A stretch of 10,558 bases of DNA, taken from contig DXJL01000004.1 in the NCBI GenBank assembly GCA_019057635.1, positions 1 to 10,558 of the forward strand, given 5' to 3'. The notes under the pieces are model-generated. The model did not search any database, had not been told where the DNA came from, and saw nothing but the letters and a program-made list of their open reading frames with translations. Of the stretch, positions 1-6,308 are shown one piece after another. Source of the DNA: Candidatus Heimdallarchaeota archaeon (GTDB lineage Archaea > Asgardarchaeota > Heimdallarchaeia > Hodarchaeales > Hodarchaeaceae). Position numbers and translations under genes: made by a program. Each line of letters opens with the position of its first letter. Positions within the stretch are counted from its first letter, which is position 1.

Positions 1-1
1 A

Positions 2-670
2 CAAATCTTCTCTCTTCTTCAATCCGCATTTGACCTTTCCCAAGGATTAAAAGAAGAAAAAATTGATCCAGGACAAATATTTTATGTGGACTTTTCTTCT
101 ATGCGTATTGCTGGCATTCTACGAAGTGAAGGATTGTTTGCGTTAATTACTTCCGCTTCTGCTTCTTTATTAGATATCGAATTTAAATTAAGGACTTTAA
201 TGACTCTATTTCTTGGAAGTTTCTCCTATAAATTTGGCAGAAAATCCATTAGAATAACCTCGAAAGAGAAAAAAAATTTTGACGAGGCCATTTTAACAGT
301 CATGGCTGGGGAAAGTAGATGGATGGGTGAATCCATGAAACAAGCTGTAGATGATATTCTTGTAAAATGGATGAAAACTGAAGAAGCCATTCAGGGAGCG
401 TGTATCTCTTCTTTTACAGGAGCTGTTCTTGTGAATCGTATGGATTCAAAGATCCTTCCAGCAGCAGTTCGTGCGATTCGAGGAGCATTCGCTGCGCATT
501 TAGAACAACCAGTATTCTTTCTTGCTGGTAGTGGGGTTTCTAATATATTTGTCTACATCTTAGGAGAAGGATTATTGCTACTTGTTGATGCGAACCCGAA
601 AATTGCACCCTCTGCTGCAATTACGACAGTAGAGTCGAAAATTGCTGATATCAAACAATTAATTATTTAG
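2..670 (+). CDS. 5'-truncated putative longin-domain + roadblock/LC7-domain fusion protein (eukaryotic-signature-like)
   Basis: The frame of track ORF 86..670 has no stop back to base 2 (QIFSLLQSAFDLSQGLKEEKIDPGQIFY-VDFSS...), so the start lies outside the window. Bases ~2-310 follow the longin pattern: helix QIFSLLQSAFDLSQGL, three strands IFYVDF/MRIAGI/GLFALIT, helix LLDIEFKLRTLMTLFLGSF, helix KNFDEAILTVM. Bases ~335-667 follow the roadblock a-b-b-a-b-b-b-a pattern: AVDDILVKW / IQGACISSFTGAVLV / LPAAVRAIRGAF / VFFLAG / NIFVYILGEGLLLLVDA / AITTVESKIADIKQLI. Confidence 0.65.
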   Translation, partial: QIFSLLQSAFDLSQGLKEEKIDPGQIFYVDFSSMRIAGILRSEGLFALITSASASLLDIEFKLRTLMTLFLGSFSYKFGRKSIRITSKEKKNFDEAILTVMAGESRWMGESMKQAVDDILVKWMKTEEAIQGACISSFTGAVLVNRMDSKILPAAVRAIRGAFAAHLEQPVFFLAGSGVSNIFVYILGEGLLLLVDANPKIAPSAAITTVESKIADIKQLII

Positions 671-687
671 GTAATATTATTCCTCTT

Positions 688-2787
688 GTGAAGAGCTTGA
701 TAAAGCAGCAAAACCAAGGAACAGTATATTTTCCAATCGTATTCCATATGCATCAACCCGTGGGGAATTTTCCTTGGGTCATTGAAGATGCTTATCAAAA
801 ATCTTATCTTCCACTTCTCAAAACTATTCAAAAATTTCCAGATATTAAAATAAATCTCCATATTTCTGGTCCCTTATTAATTTGGTTAAAAGAAAACCAT
901 TCTGACTTTTTAGATCTCATCTACGTTCTATACTCAAATCATCAGCTAGAGATCGTTGGAGGAGGATTTTATGAACCAATTCTAGCAGTAATTCCTGAAG
1001 AAGATCGCTTTAGACAATTACAGAAAACGATTGAATGGTGGAGGTCCAATTACAATATTGCTCCAAGGGGGATATGGCTTGCAGAAAGAGTATGGGTTCC
1101 TGATCTCCCAAGAACACTTGCAGAAATGAACATTGAATTCGTTTTTATCGATGATTATTTGCTCCATATGGCTGGTTTTTCGGAAGAGGAGACCTTCTAT
1201 GCCTATAAAACTGAATACCAAGGAAAATCCATAACAGTTCTTCCCATTAATGAATCAATTCGTTATTTAGTCCCTTGGAAGTCCCCTTCGGAGTCGATCC
1301 GTTATCTTCGCAAAGCACGCGATCCTCGTCACGAAAAAATCGTTGTAATGATATCAGATGTGGAAAAAATGGGAGTATGGCCTGCGGGAGATCGTACAAC
1401 ACATGATATTTGTTATATTAGTGGATACGATGGGAAAAAAGGATGGATGGAAAGTTTCTTTGAGTCTCTTGTCGATAATGACTGGATCAAACCTATTTTA
1501 GTGAGTACGTACTTGAATGACCATAATCCAAGAGGGCTTATTTACCTACCAACAAGTTCTTACGATAAAATGGCAATCTGGGCACTCCCCACTTCTTTAC
1601 GAATACGTCTGGAAGAGTTACGAAAGAAAGCTGAAAATGATGATTTACCATATGCTGAAGATGTTTTAACCTTCGCTAAAGGATCTCTTTGGCAGAATTT
1701 TCTGATAAAATATTCACAAGCAAATGTAATGCATAAGAGGATGTTATATTGTAGACACAAATTAAAAAAAATCGAATCTTTTACCTCTTCCGCCGACCTT
1801 GAAGACGTATGGGAGCATATCCTCTCGAGCCAATCCAATGATGCCTACTGGTCAGGGATGTTTGGAGGAATTTACTACAGATTTCTTCGTCATACCTGCC
1901 TAAAACATGTAAATAAAGCAGAATTTTTGATGGATCAGATTTGTGAAGAGCATGATATAGAACTCCCTGGGGTGTTAACACAAGATATCTTATTGGATGG
2001 CCAACCTGATGGTGTTTTAGAAAATAAATATATTTCCTGTTTCATTTCGTCACTTAAAGGAGGATCTATATTTTCTCTTAATTTAAAGGAACGAGGTTAT
2101 GATTTTCTAAATGTTCTAAGGCGTTATTTGGAAGCTTATCATACAGGGGAGATTCCTGTTGTTGATGATAGGATAGAAAAATGGACGTTTCAAGACCACT
2201 TCTTTCACGAGATAAAGGATATTCAAACTTATCAAACAGATCAATACGTAGATATGGGAAATTTTGCAAATCGAAGATATACCATTCAACCAGATAATAA
2301 AGGATCGATAACACTAAATCGGATTGGGCAGGTGACAGGGAAGAATGGAAGAATTATACCCGTTTCAGTAAAGAAAACATATCAGGTAGATGATTCAATT
2401 TTAACCGTAAACTATGAGATTTTAGTCTCAGATAATGATTTTGATAGTAGTTTTTATTTTTCTCCCGAGATGAACTTCCTTGGAGCTTCTTATCCATATA
2501 AAACTAATGGGTTCCTAAATCAAGAAAAATTTGACCTTAATAAAACAATCTCTAGAGCATCTTGTCATCATTTTAAAATTCAAGATATGAGTGAGATTGA
2601 ACAAGTCTCATTAATGGTGAAATTTCCTTATCCAATCCGTTGCATTGTGTTCCCTCTAATGTCATTTGCTAAAAGTGAAATCGGTTACGAAGAGCAATAT
2701 CAAGGTACTTCCATCTATCCATTCTTTGAAGTCAACAAGAAAAAGACGATTTTTCAGATGGAGCTAACGTTAACACATTTAGAATGA
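688..2787 (+). CDS. Glycoside hydrolase family 57 4-alpha-glucanotransferase / alpha-amylase (GH57 plus DUF1925/DUF1926-type C-terminal domains)
   Basis: 699 aa with all five GH57 conserved regions: HMHQP (CSR1), LEIVGGGFYEPIL (CSR2), GIWLAERVW (CSR3, catalytic Glu), SDVEKMGVWP (CSR4, catalytic Asp) and SQSNDAYWSG (CSR5). The C-terminal SEIGYEEQYQG is typical of the Thermococcus/Dictyoglomus 4-alpha-glucanotransferase group. Confidence 0.93.
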   Translation: MKSLIKQQNQGTVYFPIVFHMHQPVGNFPWVIEDAYQKSYLPLLKTIQKFPDIKINLHISGPLLIWLKENHSDFLDLIYVLYSNHQLEIVGGGFYEPILAVIPEEDRFRQLQKTIEWWRSNYNIAPRGIWLAERVWVPDLPRTLAEMNIEFVFIDDYLLHMAGFSEEETFYAYKTEYQGKSITVLPINESIRYLVPWKSPSESIRYLRKARDPRHEKIVVMISDVEKMGVWPAGDRTTHDICYISGYDGKKGWMESFFESLVDNDWIKPILVSTYLNDHNPRGLIYLPTSSYDKMAIWALPTSLRIRLEELRKKAENDDLPYAEDVLTFAKGSLWQNFLIKYSQANVMHKRMLYCRHKLKKIESFTSSADLEDVWEHILSSQSNDAYWSGMFGGIYYRFLRHTCLKHVNKAEFLMDQICEEHDIELPGVLTQDILLDGQPDGVLENKYISCFISSLKGGSIFSLNLKERGYDFLNVLRRYLEAYHTGEIPVVDDRIEKWTFQDHFFHEIKDIQTYQTDQYVDMGNFANRRYTIQPDNKGSITLNRIGQVTGKNGRIIPVSVKKTYQVDDSILTVNYEILVSDNDFDSSFYFSPEMNFLGASYPYKTNGFLNQEKFDLNKTISRASCHHFKIQDMSEIEQVSLMVKFPYPIRCIVFPLMSFAKSEIGYEEQYQGTSIYPFFEVNKKKTIFQMELTLTHLE

Positions 2788-2846
2788 AAAAATTATAGGA
2801 TATTAAGACATTAACGAAAAAATTCGGTGTTGTGTCTTCATTGAAC

Positions 2847-2981
2847 CTACGAGAGTAGGTAAAGGAGAAAGACAATACCAAACAAGAATATGAACCCCAC
2901 GCCGTATGTGAAAACGACATCCATCAGGTTCATCATCAATTTTACTTTTCTTAGTAGAATCCCCATTTCTCTATGTAACAT
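2847..2981 (-). CDS. Putative 44-aa small membrane protein with one C-terminal TM helix (not in the ORF track)
   Basis: Manual translation: MLHREMGILLRKVKLMMNLMDVVFTYGVGFIFLFGIVFLLYLLS*. ATG at 2981, TAG at 2849-2847, purine-rich AAGAGGGAAA just upstream. The last 23 residues are uncharged and mostly hydrophobic. It fills the otherwise empty 2788-3140 gap. Alternative ATGs exist, e.g. 2966. Confidence 0.55.
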   Translation of the reverse strand: MLHREMGILLRKVKLMMNLMDVVFTYGVGFIFLFGIVFLLYLLS

Positions 2982-3056
2982 TGGGATTTCCCTCTTAATA
3001 AAGTCTTCTATAATGTATCCTTCAAAAGAAGAATTTCCCGGGAATAAGGAAGATTA

Positions 3057-3075
3057 GGCAAAAAAATTATTAAAA
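3057..3075 (+). promoter_or_regulatory. Candidate archaeal BRE/TATA promoter for the 3153..3575 gene
   Basis: GGCAAAAAAATTATTAAAA: an A-rich BRE-like run followed by a TTATTAAA TATA-like box, about 80 bp upstream of the start codon. Confidence 0.35.
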
Positions 3076-3152
3076 ATGGAGAAATCGGGTAATTTTTTTT
3101 AGCCAAAGGAGTTAAACAACGTTTATCTCTTTAGAAAGTAGTGGTGAATAAT

Positions 3153-3575
3153 GTGGTAAATAAACCTAAAAACCTTCAAAAAACCAAAAAATACTTACGA
3201 AAAGTTATTGATGATGGTGCAAGATTAAGACAATATTTTCTACGAGGTCATGGTAACTGGTTTGCCTTGATGTTTTCATTGATAAATTTTACACTAATTT
3301 TTTACAATCTCTTGTTTGTAAACTTGTTTTTCATACCAGAATTTCTTAAATCATTTTCTATATTCTTCATAATCTTTGGTATGATATATTTTCCCATGGC
3401 TACTGTAGTGGGTTGGTTAGATTTTAAGAAAGGAACCTATAGAGCCGAACAACAGCTTACCCGAGAAATTTCCCCTATTTGGCGCGAAGTTTTCTCGAAA
3501 TTGGAACAATTAGCGCAACAAAATCAAGACGTTTTGAGGACGATGAAGTCACTAGACAAGCCTGATAAGGACTAG
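3153..3575 (+). CDS. Hypothetical membrane protein, two TM helices plus a C-terminal coiled-coil-like tail
   Basis: Track ORF 3141..3575. GGTGA at 3143-3147 lies 5 nt before the in-frame GTG at 3153, favouring that start. Basic N-terminus, hydrophobic segments WFALMFSLINFTLIFYNLLFVNLFFI and FSIFFIIFGMIYFPMATVVGWL, then an amphipathic tail (WREVFSKLEQLAQQNQDVLRTMKSL). Confidence 0.8.
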   Translation: MVNKPKNLQKTKKYLRKVIDDGARLRQYFLRGHGNWFALMFSLINFTLIFYNLLFVNLFFIPEFLKSFSIFFIIFGMIYFPMATVVGWLDFKKGTYRAEQQLTREISPIWREVFSKLEQLAQQNQDVLRTMKSLDKPDKD

Positions 3576-3613
3576 CAAGTCCTTATCCAGCCTTTAGGAA
3601 AAAAAAGAAGAAA
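3564..3613. terminator. Hairpin plus oligo-T tract between convergent genes
   Basis: Perfect 10-bp stem GATAAGGACT-AGCA-AGTCCTTATC (3564-3587) over the stop codon of the + strand gene. The A-rich run at 3599-3613 reads TTTCTTCTTTTTTTT on the minus strand, just after the vWA stop codon. Confidence 0.6.
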
Positions 3614-3626
3614 TGGAATAATATTC

Positions 3627-4919
3627 TCATTTCTTCCTTTGTTTTCGTAAATCATATGAGTTAGAGTAGGCCATTTTTCGGGAATCCGTGGTATACATCC
3701 TTTCAGTTAATGTATCAGAAAGTAGAGACTTATTTTCCTCAAATACGGACTCTAATTTTGGGGATGCACCAGGTAATTCAGCACGAGATTTTAATATCAA
3801 TTGTTGTTTCGAAATTAGCTTCTGAGCTTCAGAAAACTGTCCCTTATCAGCTAGATAGATTGCTTCTTCTCTGATTAGAGCAGTTTCTAGTATCACCACA
3901 TTATCTAATACTTTCTGATTCTCAGACGTCAATAATTCCTCATCATTTGTGAATGTTACAACACATGGATATTTTTGACTGATTTTCTCAAGACCCGAGT
4001 GAGCTGGAACCCATTCAATCTTAAATGTGACTATTTCCCTTTGGGAATCTAGTTTCCCAGAAGAAATTAAGAGATCCAGAATAATCATTCTATTATTCCC
4101 AGATCTAAGGTCTCCGAGCTTAAAGGGTTGATTGGTCTGTTCTTCTAGAGAGACACCTAAAATACGTTGTATTTTGACACCTTTAGCTTGTTCCACTCTT
4201 ACTTGAATATTAGACGCTATTGTGGCTAATAAGCCTTTGAACTCCTTTTCAATGAACACAGGTATGTCATCTGCAGATTTAATATAGTAAAATTCTCCAG
4301 AAGCTGCATCAGCTATACTGACAAGCATATCTTCATTGAAATCTCCTCCAATTCCAAAAGTACTGATAGTTATACCGTCTTTATCGTGAACAGTTTTTGC
4401 AGACTTGGCAATTTGGAGTTTAGAAGTGATTCCCTTATTTGCAAGGCCATCTGATAGAAGTAGAACGACATTTCTATACTCTAGATTTTTATTTTGTCGA
4501 ACCTGGTGAACGCCTTCCATCATCCCATCATGAAGATTTGTCATATTCCTTGCAGTGATACTTTTTACTTTAGTAAGGATAGAGGCTTTTTCTGTAAGCT
4601 TAGCTGCAGGTACAATCGTTTCAATAATATCATCATAAATTACTAGAGAGAAAATATCCGATTTCAACATATTTTCGATAATAAATTCAACTGCTTTCTT
4701 GGCTTTTTCAATTTTGGCCCCATCCATTGAACCAGATCGATCTAGGACTACACTCAAGTTTAGAGCAATTCTCTCCTCTGTTTCAATAATTTCCTCTACT
4801 GCTTCAAGTTCTAGTTGAGTGTAGAGATGAGTATCTCCACTTTCCAGGGCATAGTTACTTGAAGGGGATAAGTTAATTTTAATATTATCAGTTAATCCAT
4901 TGTCTTTTTCCATACTCAT
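3627..4919 (-). CDS. von Willebrand factor type A (vWA) domain protein, YfbK/'Ca-activated chloride channel homolog'-like
   Basis: 430 aa with an intact MIDAS: LNLSVVLDRSGSM (DxSxS), MTNL (Thr) and VLLLSDGLAN (Asp), plus ISTFGIGGDFNEDML. A beta-rich segment and a helical C-terminus follow. Strong AAGGAGG RBS directly upstream, 9 nt after the previous stop codon. No signal peptide or TM segment seen. Confidence 0.92.
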   Translation of the reverse strand: MSMEKDNGLTDNIKINLSPSSNYALESGDTHLYTQLELEAVEEIIETEERIALNLSVVLDRSGSMDGAKIEKAKKAVEFIIENMLKSDIFSLVIYDDIIETIVPAAKLTEKASILTKVKSITARNMTNLHDGMMEGVHQVRQNKNLEYRNVVLLLSDGLANKGITSKLQIAKSAKTVHDKDGITISTFGIGGDFNEDMLVSIADAASGEFYYIKSADDIPVFIEKEFKGLLATIASNIQVRVEQAKGVKIQRILGVSLEEQTNQPFKLGDLRSGNNRMIILDLLISSGKLDSQREIVTFKIEWVPAHSGLEKISQKYPCVVTFTNDEELLTSENQKVLDNVVILETALIREEAIYLADKGQFSEAQKLISKQQLILKSRAELPGASPKLESVFEENKSLLSDTLTERMYTTDSRKMAYSNSYDLRKQRKK

Positions 4920-4928
4920 TTCCTCCTT

Positions 4929-5462
4929 TCATTTTTTTAATTCTTCTTCTAATTCTTCTTGCTTTTTTAATACTTTTAGGCCTTTTATGGTCAATTGATG
5001 ACGTTTTTTTGGACGTCCAGCTTTCTTAGGTAGAATCTGGAGGGTCTCCTCACTATATTGCTCAATCAAATTGAGTTCTTCAAGATCCTCTATTGATTGT
5101 TTGATCGTAGTGGGTGAAAAACCACGTTGTTGAAGTTGGTTCACACTGATGCCCTCTTGTTCCTGAATAACATTAAGGATTTTACGTCGAGACCTTTTCA
5201 GACGAATTTCCTTCCCTTGAATATCTGTTAGTTTTTCCTTACCATACTTTGTTAAAAAGACCTTATTAGCTTTATTCTTTTCAATAAATCCAGCTAATTG
5301 AAGCTCCTTTACTCTTCTATAAATTGTAGCTGAGGTTAGTTTTAATTTATTCCCTTCTGATTGGAAAAAGGTGTTTATCTCCAAAATCGAAATTGGTTCA
5401 CTACGAGTATTCATGAAAATAAGAATTTCAACTGATCCTCTGGCTGCAAGAAGGTCAATCAA
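4929..5462 (-). CDS. Tandem winged helix-turn-helix protein (HxlR/ArsR/MarR-like folds), probable transcriptional regulator
   Basis: Track ORF 4929..5489. The start is more likely TTG at 5462, because GGAGG lies 9 nt upstream and TTGA overlaps the upstream stop. wHTH1: GSVEILIFM...LTSATIYRRVKELQLAGFIEK...VFLTKYG. wHTH2: SRRKILNVI...FSPTTIKQSIEDLEELNLIEQ...AGRPKKRHQLTIKG. Confidence 0.85.
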   Translation of the reverse strand: MIDLLAARGSVEILIFMNTRSEPISILEINTFFQSEGNKLKLTSATIYRRVKELQLAGFIEKNKANKVFLTKYGKEKLTDIQGKEIRLKRSRRKILNVIQEQEGISVNQLQQRGFSPTTIKQSIEDLEELNLIEQYSEETLQILPKKAGRPKKRHQLTIKGLKVLKKQEELEEELKK

Positions 5463-5860
5463 GGTAATCGTCCTCCAAAGTCCCCACACCTGGAATTAAT
5501 GCGGTGTAATGATCGATAACCTGTACTACAGTTTTTCCATGAAACAATGATCAAGTTGATAATTAGATTGTATTTACTATCTTGAACGTGCCCTCTGTAC
5601 AGTGTATCCAATAAATTCTTACCTTTTCTAGTAATTGATAACTTTTTATGAGTTTTCCCAACATCAATCAGGTAGCCACAAGAAATTAGTTCACAAACAT
5701 ATTTGAAAATAGTAGAAGTTGTTTTTTTCGATTTGTACTTCGTAAGTAGATGATTATTGACCTGATTAGAACAACTCTTTGGATTTTTATAAAAATAACC
5801 TAAAATTTCTGCTTTCTCTCTTACTAACATAGCTCTAGGGTCCTTTATTGCAATTTTCAA
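5459..5860 (-). CDS. Winged helix-turn-helix protein
   Basis: 133 aa from a TTG start. KAEILGYFYKNP...TTSTIFKYVCELISCGYLI...KKLSITRKGKNLLDTL is a wHTH signature. Its TGA (5461-5459) overlaps the next gene's TTG. The start could instead be the ATG at codon 11. Confidence 0.7.
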   Translation of the reverse strand: MKIAIKDPRAMLVREKAEILGYFYKNPKSCSNQVNNHLLTKYKSKKTTSTIFKYVCELISCGYLIDVGKTHKKLSITRKGKNLLDTLYRGHVQDSKYNLIINLIIVSWKNCSTGYRSLHRINSRCGDFGGRLP

Positions 5861-5933
5861 AGATTGATAGGATTCAATATTATAATCAATAAGAACTAAT
5901 CTTCTCTCATTGATATTCTAATTTATTATCCTA

Positions 5934-5966
5934 TTTGATAAAAGTATTATTTATACTTTTTGATAA
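5934..5966 (-). promoter_or_regulatory. BRE-TATA promoter of the wHTH-wHTH-vWA operon, embedded in a palindromic operator candidate
   Basis: The minus strand reads CAAAAAG-TATAAATA (TATA at 5955-5948). A perfect inverted repeat AAAAGTAT-N5-ATACTTTT spans 5940-5960, with TTTGATAA direct repeats at 5934-5941 and 5959-5966. Confidence 0.55.
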
Positions 5967-6308
5967 TGGAATGATTTTTTGTTAAGCAAGATACTAACAA
6001 GGCAGTAACTAAACTGAATTCATAAAAAAAAGAGAGAAGAGCTGTGGTTGATTACTAGAATCAACCAATTTGTTGTTTTAATTACTTTGATATACGAAAT
6101 AATGGATAGAAAATTACAACAGATTTCATTTCCAGTTGTACTAATTAGATAACTTATTTTAACCAGTTTCTCGTAAGATGAAAATAATGCCTCCTTGAAA
6201 TAATTTCTCCAGTTAATTCAGTTTGAGTTAATTATCCAGTGGCCCTACAAGCTGTTTTGAACCTGTGAATTTCATGTGAAAGCAAATTTTGAGCAGTAGG
6301 AAATTTAA

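Noticed and set aside
335-670. Stand-alone 111-aa roadblock gene starting at ATG 335 (GGTGA 4 nt upstream)
   Set aside because: The upstream frame is open for 111 codons and looks like a folded longin domain, so a fusion is more parsimonious. An internal start cannot be excluded.
667-2314. Five short minus-strand ORFs (667..861, 1018..1221, 1560..1838, 1781..1981, 2078..2314)
   Set aside because: They are antisense shadows of the well-supported GH57 gene and carry no recognisable motifs.
2732-2920. 62-aa minus-strand ORF in the track
   Set aside because: It overlaps the GH57 3' end and has no protein-like pattern. The alternative frame 2847..2981 has an RBS-like sequence, a clean TM helix and no overlap.
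3627-4919. Sec23/24- or Rpn10-like identity for the vWA protein
   Set aside because: No zinc finger, gelsolin repeat or UIM is visible. The intact MIDAS and overall layout match the common prokaryotic YfbK-like type.
4929-5462. ESCRT-II (Vps22/25/36) identity for the tandem wHTH protein
   Set aside because: The recognition helices and GRP wing look like DNA-binding ArsR/MarR/HxlR-type domains, and there are no ESCRT-III or Vps4 neighbours in the window.
5861-6308. CRISPR array, tRNA or hidden gene in the long intergenic gap
   Set aside because: There are no regularly spaced 25-40-bp repeats and no cloverleaf. The ORFs I found are about 16 codons or fewer (e.g. 6102..6152).
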